From: Oligoflexia bacterium
GTDB taxonomy: Bacteria > Bdellovibrionota > UBA1018
Length of the DNA stretch: 64,000 bases
Reading direction: 5' to 3'
Assembly: GCA_014378465.1 (NCBI GenBank)
Contig: JACMNQ010000057.1
Coordinates: forward strand, 134,103 to 198,102
Shown: one piece after another, positions 50,276 through 60,325 of the stretch
Position numbering within the stretch: position 1 is the first letter of the stretch
How the letters are laid out: the number at the start of each line of letters is the position of its first letter
Position numbers and translations under genes: made by a program
Notes under the pieces: generated by a model
The model's input: the letters and a program-made list of their open reading frames with translations, nothing else
Told to the model about the DNA's origin: nothing
Databases searched by the model: none

Positions 50276-51135
50276 TCGAACTCGTTCTCGCTTCTTTCAT
50301 CTGGGCGTTTTCCTTTGGACTGATCAAGACCCAGTTGCACGGTCTCAACTCCTTTGCCGTGGCTGGCGTGCGTCTGGCACTGTCTTTTCTCGTCTTTCTT
50401 CCATTTGCAAAGTGGCCTCGCGGCGGCAGTGGCTCTGCGTCTCAGCAGATTTCAAAATGGATGGCAATCGGGACGATCCAGTTCGGTCTGATGTACACGC
50501 TCTACATGAAAAGTTTTGAGTACCTGCAGGCACACGAAGTCGCGGTCCTCACGATCACGACCCCATTGATGGTCGTCTTGATCAATGCCGCCCTGGAGAA
50601 GAAGTTGAGACTCACTCATCTTCTCTCGGCATCACTGGCCATTGCAGCGGGCCTCATCCTCATGATGAAGCAGGCGTTTTCAGGCACTCTTTTGCTCGGA
50701 GTGCTGCTGGTGCAGGGATCCAATCTGTTTTTTGCGGCAGGCCAATTGCTTTACCGCCGCGCCGTCCCTGCGGGCTCACCCGATCTACCACACTTTGCCT
50801 GGATCTATCTCGGCGCCGCGGTGATTCCGCTCCTGGTGCTGCGAATTCAGACGGGAGTGGACCTGCACTCGTTTGAGTTTGATCAAAGGCAGTGGCTGAC
50901 GCTCCTCTATCTGGGAATATTCCCCACTGGACTCGGTTTCTATTTGTGGAACCGAGGAGCAAAAAAGGTGGAACCTGGCGTTCTGGCCGTGATGAACAAT
51001 CTGAAAATACCGCTGGGAGCCGGCGTTGCCTGGCTGGTCTTTCAGGAATCGGTCGATGCTCCGAGGATGTGCCTGAGCTTTGCGCTCTTCGTGCTGGCCC
51101 TGCACGTCTCCAATCTCGGTCCAGCGCGGAGCTGA
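50272..51135 (+). CDS. EamA/DMT-family transporter
   Basis: 10-TM profile with two EamA-like repeats. 4-nt overlap with the upstream gene. Confidence 0.75.
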   Translation: MIELVLASFIWAFSFGLIKTQLHGLNSFAVAGVRLALSFLVFLPFAKWPRGGSGSASQQISKWMAIGTIQFGLMYTLYMKSFEYLQAHEVAVLTITTPLMVVLINAALEKKLRLTHLLSASLAIAAGLILMMKQAFSGTLLLGVLLVQGSNLFFAAGQLLYRRAVPAGSPDLPHFAWIYLGAAVIPLLVLRIQTGVDLHSFEFDQRQWLTLLYLGIFPTGLGFYLWNRGAKKVEPGVLAVMNNLKIPLGAGVAWLVFQESVDAPRMCLSFALFVLALHVSNLGPARS

Positions 51136-51142
51136 TCTCAGA

Positions 51143-51514
51143 TCACTTCAGAAACGAAGTGATGATCTTGAGAAGCTGATCGAGCTCAAACGGTTTGTAG
51201 ATGAGCTCGGAGGCTCCTTTGGAAATGGCGTTTTCACGACTCAGATCCGAAAACCCCGTCATGAAGACGACGGGAGGAGTCACTGCGTCCTGGGCCCGGA
51301 TGTTGGCGAGCAGTTCAATTCCGTCGCCATTGGGCATGCGGATGTCCGATAACACGAGATCCACTGCCTGCGACTGAAGCAGCTCAAAAGCGCGATGTCC
51401 GCTTTCCGCTTCCAGCACTTCATGACCTTCGAACTGCAACGCGAACCGAAGAATCTCACGGATCAGGGGCTCATCATCGACGATGAGGATTTTGCGGGGC
51501 TGAGTTGTGACCAT
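51143..51514 (-). CDS. Single-domain response regulator (CheY-like)
   Basis: ILIVDDE, phospho-acceptor D in LVLSDIRMP, and conserved T/K positions. Confidence 0.8.
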   Translation of the reverse strand: MVTTQPRKILIVDDEPLIREILRFALQFEGHEVLEAESGHRAFELLQSQAVDLVLSDIRMPNGDGIELLANIRAQDAVTPPVVFMTGFSDLSRENAISKGASELIYKPFELDQLLKIITSFLK

Positions 51515-51554
51515 TTTTTCTACAAAAGCCTAAAACGCGTTCAGAGTCCATAAA

Positions 51555-51956
51555 ATGCTCACGACTCCAGGCGTCGAATGTTATGAAGATTTCATGAAAG
51601 TCGCCTTGATCGCTCATGACCGCAAGAAACTGGACATGATTGATTTCTGCCTCAAGCACCTCTCCGTCCTCCAGGCCCATCAACTCTGCGCGACGGGCAC
51701 CACGGGACTCAAAGTCGCTGAAGCCACGGGTCTGACTGTGGAAAGATTTCTCTCCGGACCTTTGGGCGGCGATCAGCAGATCGGAAGTGCCATCGCAACC
51801 GGTCACATTGATCTTCTGATCTTTCTCAGAGATCCGCTCACTTCTCACCCGCATGAGCCAGACGTTTCGGCCCTCCTCAGGCTCTGTGACGTGATCGGGA
51901 TTCCAGTGGCCACCAATGTCCGGACAGCAGAAGCGCTTGTTGCCCTCATGGCTTAA
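51555..51956 (+). CDS. mgsA: Methylglyoxal synthase
   Basis: ALIAHD...ATGTTG...[11 protein letters not shown]...PHEPDV...IPVATN motifs. An alternative start at 51594 (MKVALIAHD) is possible. Confidence 0.8.
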   Translation: MLTTPGVECYEDFMKVALIAHDRKKLDMIDFCLKHLSVLQAHQLCATGTTGLKVAEATGLTVERFLSGPLGGDQQIGSAIATGHIDLLIFLRDPLTSHPHEPDVSALLRLCDVIGIPVATNVRTAEALVALMA

Positions 51957-52295
51957 AATAGCCTGAACGGATCAGTCCGCGTGGTGAGCAGTGGACGAGT
52001 GCTCATGAAACTTAAGATCGGTCGCAGGCTCAGGGAGATTTTTGGCCTGACCTGAAGCTTTTTCAGCGTCACGACTCCGAAGTGAAAGGGAGAGTGACCT
52101 GAACACTCGACTCATTTGATAGAACTGAAAACGACAAGGTAAGCCGTCAGTTTCAACCACCACCGAAACAAGAACAGTTTAGAGAATCAATTTTAACCCA
52201 TGAGTTTCGACAACTTAACAATACCCGTAAAAAATGGTCGACTTTACACTTTACTCGTTATATACACTGCGTCATAGATAGTAAATTGCCCTCTT

Positions 52296-55200
52296 TTGGG
52301 CTATTCGCTGATTCGGAGTTTTTCTCATATGAAGTCGATTTTTCTCCATGGCACTGCAAACGGCTCACACTCCCAAGGTTCCCACGGCTACCGGCCTGAT
52401 CTCGGCTATATCGGCAAGAAGCGAGTCAGCACGAGCAATTACCTCTTCAGCATCACTCGCCACGAATACCGAAGTCACATCCACGCCAAGGATCTCCTGA
52501 GCTCCTTCATGAAACGCTCTCCTGAAGAGCATTACATGACCAGCCAGCTCCTCACCGGCTTCGTCAAGAAGCGCGGTCTCACCTTCAGCAAGAAAACAAA
52601 GAATGGCTACCGGATCTTCACGGTCCCGGTGAGCAACACGATCGTGCCTCTGGCAAAATCCACTTTTGATACGCTCGAAAGGAATGCTCAGTCTCTGGTG
52701 CTGGCCCTGCGCTGGGTCCTTCAGAGCATCTATGGAGCGGAGAAGATCGAAGATTCCGACTTCGTCCAGTCTCTCCCCGAGTCCGTGCAGGCTCTTTTCC
52801 TGCACGCCATCCGGACCTCCCCCCAGTATTTTTCACAACTCCATCATCCGGTGATGAAGGACTACCCCTTCTTCGAAGTCGTGGGTCTCGACCTGGTTCT
52901 CGTCGGCGAATACCTGTCCCAGAACGATGCACTGTTCAAAGCCACCCCGATTCACGAACTGCCTTTCAAACTCCTTGAACTCAATGCGGGTTCGCCGTCT
53001 GGGGCTTCCAACAACATGAATGTGCTGGAAGGCCTCATGACTGTGGATCCCACGATGAAGAATCTTCAGGAACGCGTGATGCCCAACGATCACTTCAAGG
53101 TTCTTCGGGAGACTTTTGATTCCATTGGCAGGGAGTGGACTGGACGACAGGACGGCATCTCCATCATTCTGCCTCCTGGCGGAGGAAACGGTGCAGCTCC
53201 AGAGATTCATCAGCTTGCGGCTTACAGCGGCATGTCCTACGTGGATCCCTCGCAACTCTACACTGCCCGTGACGGAATGCTGCGCCTGCGAACTCTGACC
53301 GGCAATGATCCCTGCGTGACCTCGATCTATTCCCGCATCAATGCGGATGCGGCCCTCTACGATCCGGAACGCGATCTCTTCATGCGCGATGCCGACAGCG
53401 GTGAAAAACTCTACCAGGAAGATTACCTGCTTCGCGACAAGGACGGCAAATGTCCTCAGGTTCTGGATCAGAACGGACAGCCCCTGCCGCTTGACTCAGT
53501 CTACGCCATCCCGAAAGCCATTGACCTGATCCACTCAAAGAAAATCTATCTCGGCGGCCTCAATCGAGTTCTTGACAACAAGCTCATCCTGTCGACGCTC
53601 ACGCACTACGCTCCCCGGTTCTACCGCCTGCGCCTGGCGATGATGGGACTCAATTCAGACAGCTTCAATCTTGTGCCACCGGAGACTCTCGCGCCCGAGC
53701 GCGCCTCGGTTGAAATCATCAAGAAGAACCCAGACGACTGGGTCGTCAAGGCCCCGAATCTTTCGGGAGGCAACGGCGTTCACATCCTGCTGACACTGCC
53801 CGAGTCACGCAAGAAGAAGATCATCCAGGAAATCGAAGCGCGTCCGTGCGACTACGCCTATCAGAGGCTCGTCAAGATCGCGCGTATCCCGGTGGCCGTG
53901 AAGGAAAAGGGCCGCGTCCGCTTCGCCAATCTTGCGGCGGATCTGCGCATGTGGGCATTCTTCGGCGCAGGCCCGAGCTTCCCGAAACCGAAACTCACGC
54001 ACAATGGACTGGTCCGGTTCGCACCCTGCGAAAAAGGTCCTCTCAGCAGCATCGTGAATACTTCAAAAGGGGGCGGTTACGCTCCCCTGCTGATCATTGA
54101 TGACGTCGGGAGCCCTGACGCCTGTTCCATTCAGGACCTGGCAAGCAAGCCTCAGACCGCCTCAAGTCCCGTGCCCGCTTTTGCCGGCGCGCAGATCGTC
54201 CAGATCGCTCGCATCGTCAAAAAGCTCGTCCAGGATCTCGACATGCCTGAGTTCACGGCATACGCGGCCCGAGAGCTCGTGCTCAGTCTCAACGCTCAGT
54301 GCGCGGAAGTGCTGTCCTTCCTCAGCCCTCGCAATATCGAACCGGTTTCCGAAATGGCCACGACACTTGAAAAGAAGATCAGTCGTGCTCATATGGCGGT
54401 TGCCTTCAGGAAGCACAAGCTGGCGCAGCTGAGACTTCTGGAAACACTCACTGAAATTGAAGCTGAACTCAGCTCAAGAAAAGCGGTCGGCTTCTTTGAT
54501 CAGATCGCGCGCCTTCACTGCCTGGGCGATGAGTACGTACTGCATCCAAAGGCGGGAGCGCTTGCCCGTGAGGATCTCGCACAGATCTCGCTGCTTCAGC
54601 AGGCGATTCTCACAGACCGCACTTTGAACCGAAACGGCGATTCAAAATCGAAACTCATGGCTCGCGCCCTTCGTCTCCTCAAGGAATTGGCCCGCGCTCA
54701 CGTCAGCTCGAAACCCCTCTCGACCAAGGCTCGTCGCGATCTCAAGATCCAGCTGGAACGCTTCTCATCGATGGCCAGAGCGGCCATGATCGGAAATGGA
54801 GAAGTCGAATTGCCCACCCTCTTCACGGAGATCAACCTGCACCGAAAGCCTCTGGCTTCGGACGTGAGCTCGGACTACAGCCCACTCTTCCCAGAAGATC
54901 AGTCCCACAAGGAAGCCTGCGTCGCGACCCTCTGGGAAATCGAAAACGGTCGAAGCCTCATGGATTCCGAATTCATTTACGGTGAACTTCAGACCGCTAG
55001 ACAAGCCTGGATGAAAGTGCGCGCGGAACTGAACCTCAGCAAATCGGCAGCACTCAGAAAAATCCAGCTTGAAAAGAGGAGACTGGAGCATTTTGAGAAT
55101 TTCCCGGTCCTTAAATCCTACCAGGCTCTGATTGACAAGCGTGAAGCCGCCACCGCGGAAGACATGATCTCGCTCCTTCCGGTGCTGCCTTACGCCCGTT

Positions 55201-56081
55201 ACAACATCCAGCAGTACCTGGCGCAGAAGAAACTGAGCATGAGTGAGCTCTTCACGACCGAACTCACTCACGAGCGCGTCGCCTTCATGAGCGCTCAGCA
55301 GCTCCGGACTTCCGGACTCAACGGCGCCCATGCGGGAGAGTGTTTAGCCAGGAAACGTGAAAGCCACGGACTTTTCTCTGAAAGTGAAATGCTCGTCTGG
55401 CTCTCGTCCGAGGCTTCACCTCTGGTCCAGGCCTACACGCTCGGCCATGAGTTGATTCATTTTCATCAGATTCAGAGTCTGATGAAGCGCGAAAGGAAAT
55501 CCATCGCGGATGGACACCTCGCTTTCGCCAACTTCCTGAATTTTTACGGCAGTCACCTGGGAACTTCCGTGAGTCCGGTCGAAAAGTTCAGCGCCAACAC
55601 GACTGAACATCGTACGGTTTTTTACGGGCTGGCTGACATCGCGGGTCTGAAACGCTTCGCAATCGTCAAGAAGCTCCTGAACAGCTACAAAGAAGGCGAA
55701 ATCAGCTTCGTTCGCACCATGCGTGCGCACGGGAGCCTTTTCGGGATGGTCCTGCCCTCCGCTTCCGCGACTCAGGTCAAGGCCGTGAGAGAAATCATTC
55801 CCTGCCTGGAGAACGCGAAGAACATCCGCTTCGCCAAGGACCTGGGACTTCGGATTGAAATCGACGAAATCCGCTCCGCGCTGCCCGCTGCGAACGCAGC
55901 ACAGCTGAAGCGTTACCGGGCCATCATCGAATCCGGCCTTCATGCTCCTGCAGCGACTCCAGAAGTGCTGCAGATCATCGGAAACCACCAGCTCTATGGT
56001 GTGAGTGCGAGCCTTGAAATTCCACAAAACCACTATCCGATCTATCTGGGCGACAGCTACAACAGTGCGCAACAACAATGA
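52296..56081 (+). CDS. Giant (1261-aa) multidomain protein: predicted circularly permuted ATP-grasp amidoligase N-terminal half, long helical region, C-terminal HExxH motif
   Basis: ELNAGSP (E-x-N metal motif, normally C-terminal in ATP-grasp enzymes) at about aa 225. It precedes IYSRINADAALYDPE and DDWVVKAPNLSGGNGVHILL (Lys strand plus Gly loop, about aa 480), which implies circular permutation. GHELIHFHQ lies at about aa 1020. TTG start in the track; the first ATG is at 52329. Confidence 0.5.
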   Translation: MGYSLIRSFSHMKSIFLHGTANGSHSQGSHGYRPDLGYIGKKRVSTSNYLFSITRHEYRSHIHAKDLLSSFMKRSPEEHYMTSQLLTGFVKKRGLTFSKKTKNGYRIFTVPVSNTIVPLAKSTFDTLERNAQSLVLALRWVLQSIYGAEKIEDSDFVQSLPESVQALFLHAIRTSPQYFSQLHHPVMKDYPFFEVVGLDLVLVGEYLSQNDALFKATPIHELPFKLLELNAGSPSGASNNMNVLEGLMTVDPTMKNLQERVMPNDHFKVLRETFDSIGREWTGRQDGISIILPPGGGNGAAPEIHQLAAYSGMSYVDPSQLYTARDGMLRLRTLTGNDPCVTSIYSRINADAALYDPERDLFMRDADSGEKLYQEDYLLRDKDGKCPQVLDQNGQPLPLDSVYAIPKAIDLIHSKKIYLGGLNRVLDNKLILSTLTHYAPRFYRLRLAMMGLNSDSFNLVPPETLAPERASVEIIKKNPDDWVVKAPNLSGGNGVHILLTLPESRKKKIIQEIEARPCDYAYQRLVKIARIPVAVKEKGRVRFANLAADLRMWAFFGAGPSFPKPKLTHNGLVRFAPCEKGPLSSIVNTSKGGGYAPLLIIDDVGSPDACSIQDLASKPQTASSPVPAFAGAQIVQIARIVKKLVQDLDMPEFTAYAARELVLSLNAQCAEVLSFLSPRNIEPVSEMATTLEKKISRAHMAVAFRKHKLAQLRLLETLTEIEAELSSRKAVGFFDQIARLHCLGDEYVLHPKAGALAREDLAQISLLQQAILTDRTLNRNGDSKSKLMARALRLLKELARAHVSSKPLSTKARRDLKIQLERFSSMARAAMIGNGEVELPTLFTEINLHRKPLASDVSSDYSPLFPEDQSHKEACVATLWEIENGRSLMDSEFIYGELQTARQAWMKVRAELNLSKSAALRKIQLEKRRLEHFENFPVLKSYQALIDKREAATAEDMISLLPVLPYARYNIQQYLAQKKLSMSELFTTELTHERVAFMSAQQLRTSGLNGAHAGECLARKRESHGLFSESEMLVWLSSEASPLVQAYTLGHELIHFHQIQSLMKRERKSIADGHLAFANFLNFYGSHLGTSVSPVEKFSANTTEHRTVFYGLADIAGLKRFAIVKKLLNSYKEGEISFVRTMRAHGSLFGMVLPSASATQVKAVREIIPCLENAKNIRFAKDLGLRIEIDEIRSALPAANAAQLKRYRAIIESGLHAPAATPEVLQIIGNHQLYGVSASLEIPQNHYPIYLGDSYNSAQQQ

Positions 56082-58456
56082 GTTCACCGTGGAAAGGAGA
56101 AGCCGTGTCTAAAAACGAAATGAATCAGATCGGTTCCGCACACGATGAGGTCCTCAAAACCGCTGTCAGTTCAGGCGCGACTTCAGTCCGGTGGGCCGGA
56201 CTGAGAACAGAGCTCGGCACTGGACCTTTGGAAAAGTCTTCTGGGGAAGTTCTCACTCACCACGAAGACAGTCTCGCGGGTATTTCCAGAAAATGGCGTG
56301 ACGCTCTGTTTTCGCCTCCTGTGGATCTGAAAACCGATCTTGAAAAAATTCTGTTCCTGACCACGGAAGCGGACACGACGATTGAATATCGAAGTGAGGC
56401 TCTCAGCGGCTATAACCTGAAAGCGCACTCGGGTGATGAGCTCACCGATGCCGCTCAGATTCGCTTCACTCCGCTCTTCAACGGTGGATTTCTCATTCAG
56501 AAGTCATTTCAGCTCGCGCAGCCGTCCTTCATGATCTTCGAACATTACGATTTCAGCGGGGCCTATCAGGGTCGCATACAGGCGCCGCCGCCCACTCCGC
56601 TCTATGTGCCGCTGACGGAGATGGAACCCGCCTGCCCGATCGCTTCGCACCTCTACAACACGCTGGCGTTCGAATATGAGCAGGCCGAAACCGGCACCGC
56701 GAACTCCAGGAGAATTCTCGGTGTCGAGACGCTGTTGCGGACACTTGCAACACTTCCGGCCCTGCCGTTTTCCTTCCGTCGCGGATTTCGCGATCTGGCG
56801 CTTGTACAGCTGCAGAAAAAGCTCCTTCAGAACGAGCTCGATCCCGCCCTGACTTTTCAGGAGAAGGAAGTGGTCAGGCTCAAGATCAAATCGGACCGCG
56901 CTCTGATCCTCAAGACCAAGGCGCGCATTCATCGACAGTCCGCGCTGAAGTTGAAATCGGCACTTTTCGTGATGGATCTTTCCACAAGGTTTCAGGGAAT
57001 TTTCGGACGCCCCCAGGAAAAAGTTCGCGGCGGTCTCTACAAGTACACGATCGGTGCCTTTCTCTGGTTCTTCGGGGTCGTCAAGGGCAACATCGGTTAC
57101 TCGATCGCTCTGGCGATCTACGGTCCGTTCACTTTCTATTTCATCACCCAGCCGATGAATCCCTACGCAATGTGGGCAGTCGGCAAGGTTCGCCAGGGTT
57201 ACATCAACACGATCAATGATGTGAAAACCCTTCAGGACAGCTCATCTCGGGTACTTCAGCACGTGACCGGCCTGGGTGCTTCCGGGGGCACGGCTGCGGC
57301 ACTCCTTCCTGAGCCGCTTCACACTCAGAACGCGGATCCTGCCCATTCGTCCGTGGCTCCGAGCCCCGTCCAGAACGCGACGCCTGCGCTGCCTCTGGTC
57401 ACCCTCAACCGATACTCGAGCTTCAAGCCTCGCTTCGAAAATCTGCTTCTGGCGACTGACGTGCCTGATGTGGACAAACAGAAGTGGCCAGACCGCATGA
57501 GCAACTTCAAAGCGATGCAGATCGCTTACGAAGAGAACATGCAGTTCTCGACTCGCATGGGTCGACTTGAGCAGATGGAAACGCAGCTCAACTTTCCTCT
57601 GATCGCGGAGTCCTCCTTCAGGCAGATGGAACGGTATCAAGACCTCCTGATGAAGATGCGCTCCAAGCTGGCTCGTCACCCCCAGGCGGCCGAACTGAAG
57701 ACTTACTTTGACCGCGAAGAACAGCGCACTCGGCAGTTCAAGCTTTATGTCTGGGACAAACTGATCCGGTACATGCTGGACCATCCCTATGTCGTCATGA
57801 ACGAAGGCAAGGACCAGAACTACGTCGACTACTATGTCGGACGCTCCTTCATCTTTCTCGAAGAAGTGACTGCAAGTCTGACGAAGGAATACCAGGGCCT
57901 CAGAAAACCGAAAGGCTATGCCGCTGTCGAAAAACTGGCTGGCACCTACAGGGACAGGCACGTGGATGCACCCAGCATCGAAGAACGCCTGGCCAAGAAC
58001 TCGCTCCTTGCCACTCAGAAGGATTTTTACGGATCCAATGAACTCCGCTCTTACCTGAAACGACAGTGGGAGCTTCTGTTTCTGTCTCAGAACCGCGCTC
58101 AGGAAGCCTCCAATTTCGGTCTGCAAACCTATACCTGGTCGGTACGAAATGCGATCTGGGCACTGGATGCTCTCCATTCTTCAAAAATTCACGAACTGCG
58201 CATGATCGGCGATGCCGTTGATCAGCATCAGAAGCTCGATGCTGCGATCAACGAAGAGAAGAAAAACGTGGAAAGCCTCTACGAGTCCCTCTTTCACATC
58301 ATGTCTCTCGAATATGTCAGCATCCGTCAGGAGTTGTCGGAACGCCTGGATGATGACATCGAATTCATCCAGAGGCAGACCGTGATTGAGAGCCTGAAAC
58401 AGAGTTTCACTGAACGCACGCAGTTCCTCAAGAGTCTTGCAAAGGGGACTTCTTGA
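56078..58456 (+). CDS. Large (792-aa) hypothetical protein with a central transmembrane hairpin; translationally coupled to the upstream gene
   Basis: 4-nt overlap with the upstream stop. Central hydrophobic segment YKYTIGAFLWFFGVVKGNIGYSIALAIYGPFTFYFI. Otherwise helical, no known motif. Confidence 0.55.
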   Translation: MSSPWKGEAVSKNEMNQIGSAHDEVLKTAVSSGATSVRWAGLRTELGTGPLEKSSGEVLTHHEDSLAGISRKWRDALFSPPVDLKTDLEKILFLTTEADTTIEYRSEALSGYNLKAHSGDELTDAAQIRFTPLFNGGFLIQKSFQLAQPSFMIFEHYDFSGAYQGRIQAPPPTPLYVPLTEMEPACPIASHLYNTLAFEYEQAETGTANSRRILGVETLLRTLATLPALPFSFRRGFRDLALVQLQKKLLQNELDPALTFQEKEVVRLKIKSDRALILKTKARIHRQSALKLKSALFVMDLSTRFQGIFGRPQEKVRGGLYKYTIGAFLWFFGVVKGNIGYSIALAIYGPFTFYFITQPMNPYAMWAVGKVRQGYINTINDVKTLQDSSSRVLQHVTGLGASGGTAAALLPEPLHTQNADPAHSSVAPSPVQNATPALPLVTLNRYSSFKPRFENLLLATDVPDVDKQKWPDRMSNFKAMQIAYEENMQFSTRMGRLEQMETQLNFPLIAESSFRQMERYQDLLMKMRSKLARHPQAAELKTYFDREEQRTRQFKLYVWDKLIRYMLDHPYVVMNEGKDQNYVDYYVGRSFIFLEEVTASLTKEYQGLRKPKGYAAVEKLAGTYRDRHVDAPSIEERLAKNSLLATQKDFYGSNELRSYLKRQWELLFLSQNRAQEASNFGLQTYTWSVRNAIWALDALHSSKIHELRMIGDAVDQHQKLDAAINEEKKNVESLYESLFHIMSLEYVSIRQELSERLDDDIEFIQRQTVIESLKQSFTERTQFLKSLAKGTS

Positions 58457-59391
58457 AAGCCCGAACTTCTCTTGCATTCTGCTCACTGACTCTCGCCGGC
58501 CTCGCAGCCGGAGCACTGCCGGCGACCCCCGCTCATGCGCAGTCCCAGCCAACTTCTGGTGTCCAACCCGCCGCCAACGCCGAGTCACAGGCTCATGCGT
58601 CTGGCTGGAGCGATTTCGGAAAAAAGCTTCAGCTCAAGTACTACACGGAATTTGACGGGCCCACACTGGACTATTCGAGCTCCAAACAGAGCTTCAATGT
58701 TCTGTCCGACTACCGGACTCCGGTGAATCTTTACCAGAGCCTGGAACTGAGTTACCTGATCACTCCCGATCTGAAATTCGGCGCCCAGCAGGGTTTCTTT
58801 CAGAACATGGCCCGAGAAGTGAAAACGAGTTATGGCTGGAATCACTCGACCAACCTCGTGACTTTCAATCCTCAGATTTTTCTCGTGCAGTACAATCTGA
58901 TCGACACACGGATCGTCAATCTGCAGCAGTCCACGACCATCGATGTCCCTCTCACGGAAAATGCGCGCATGACGCACTTTCACACCGCAATTCGCTCGAC
59001 CCAGGCCTGGCGTGTGGGCGCACTCAAGACCACCCGCTGGAATGTCGGAATCGACACGGACATGATCGAACGCTTTTACGCCAATACCATGGGTTGGAAC
59101 ACCTTCTACTTCTCGACGGGCCACCACGTTTCGTATCAGTTCAATCGGCATCTGCAGCTGGAGACCTGGAGCATTTTCGACATCGGCCACAAAGGCGGGC
59201 AGAAGAATCCGTCCGGTCAGGACCGAAAATGGTGGGAAATGAACGACGGCTTCGTGGACTTCATGAGAATTTCACTCAATTACAGCCCGTTCATCAATTC
59301 CTGGCAGATCACGCCATTCGTGCAGTCTCCGATCTACCACCGAAGCATCGACCGCATGATCGGCGGTTTTGAGATGACCGTCTGGATGTGA
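58453..59391 (+). CDS. Secreted protein, possibly outer-membrane beta-barrel; third gene of the operon
   Basis: 4-nt overlap with the upstream gene. Sec signal peptide (cleavage near AHA-QS). Alternating aromatic/hydrophilic beta-strand-like pattern, Asn/Tyr/Trp-rich. Confidence 0.5.
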   Translation: MKARTSLAFCSLTLAGLAAGALPATPAHAQSQPTSGVQPAANAESQAHASGWSDFGKKLQLKYYTEFDGPTLDYSSSKQSFNVLSDYRTPVNLYQSLELSYLITPDLKFGAQQGFFQNMAREVKTSYGWNHSTNLVTFNPQIFLVQYNLIDTRIVNLQQSTTIDVPLTENARMTHFHTAIRSTQAWRVGALKTTRWNVGIDTDMIERFYANTMGWNTFYFSTGHHVSYQFNRHLQLETWSIFDIGHKGGQKNPSGQDRKWWEMNDGFVDFMRISLNYSPFINSWQITPFVQSPIYHRSIDRMIGGFEMTVWM

Positions 59392-59477
59392 AGTCGCGGC
59401 AGAAATGAAAAACGCCGTGGCCTGAGCCAACGGCGCTTCTTCAGAGAACTGACACAGGTCAGATCAATCGGGAACGC

Positions 59478-59780
59478 TCAGGCGGCGCTCTTCTTGTCCG
59501 TGGAGTCGGAGCCGCCTTCAAGCTTGACGAGCTTGTTGTAGATGCCCAGCAGCATGAACGCAGGGGCCCAGAGGCCGACGAAATTGGCGTATTCTTTTCT
59601 TTCAGCGAAGATCACGAGCCCTGCCGATAAAACCATGGAACCCACTGCGAGACCCAGGTAGCCAATGGAGGGCACCTTCGCAGTCTGGGATTCGACGCGC
59701 TTCGTGAAAGCGCCTTCCTTGTGTTCCTTATTTTCAGAGACGTCTTTCACAACATTTTTCAAAGCACTGGTATTCGTCAT
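59478..59780 (-). CDS. Small membrane protein, hypothetical
   Basis: GGAGG lies 7 nt upstream of the internal ATG (MTNTSALKN). Two TM helices. Confidence 0.4.
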   Translation of the reverse strand: MTNTSALKNVVKDVSENKEHKEGAFTKRVESQTAKVPSIGYLGLAVGSMVLSAGLVIFAERKEYANFVGLWAPAFMLLGIYNKLVKLEGGSDSTDKKSAA

Positions 59781-59908
59781 TTTGATTCCTCCTGAGGATG
59801 AGTGGGTGATGGCGACAGTCATCGCAAGGTCAATGCCGGTTGCAGCAGGCAGCTTTGGAAAAACTGAACTTGTTTCGTCAGCTCAGGTTCCGTGGTAGAA
59901 CAGAAGTG

Positions 59909-60325
59909 ATGCAAAAGAATTTCTGGAAAGACGGAGTTCGCTTCGAATGTCAGGGTACGGGGCGCTGCTGTGTTTCTCGAGGCACACACGGGTATGTCTA
60001 CCTCACACTGAAGGACCGGAAGAGATTCGCAAAACACCTCGGCGTGTCGACGCAGGTCTTCTCAAAAGCCCACTGCGTGAAATCTGACGGATGGTACCAT
60101 CTCAAAGGGCCTGAGGGGGCCTGTCAATTTCTAAAAGAGAAGTCGTGCACGGTTTACGAAGCACGTCCTGCGCAGTGTCGTACCTGGCCCTTCTGGCCTG
60201 AAAACATGAACGCGAAGACCTGGAACGAAGAAGTGACCACTTTCTGTCCGGGCATTGGCAAGGGTCGTCTCTATTCCGCGGAAGAAATTGAGGACCTCCT
60301 GAAGCAGGATCCCCTCAATCAGTGA
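59909..60325 (+). CDS. YkgJ-family cysteine-cluster protein (UPF0153)
   Basis: CQGTGRCC ... C..C ... CPGIG Cys pattern typical of the YkgJ/zinc-iron-chelating domain. Confidence 0.6.
   Translation: MQKNFWKDGVRFECQGTGRCCVSRGTHGYVYLTLKDRKRFAKHLGVSTQVFSKAHCVKSDGWYHLKGPEGACQFLKEKSCTVYEARPAQCRTWPFWPENMNAKTWNEEVTTFCPGIGKGRLYSAEEIEDLLKQDPLNQ

Noticed and set aside
53805-54432. Several 60-110-aa ORFs in alternative frames
   Set aside because: All inside the 1261-aa ORF. No support.
57242-58177. 311-aa minus-strand ORF
   Set aside because: Antisense to the 792-aa operon gene, which is translationally coupled to its neighbours.
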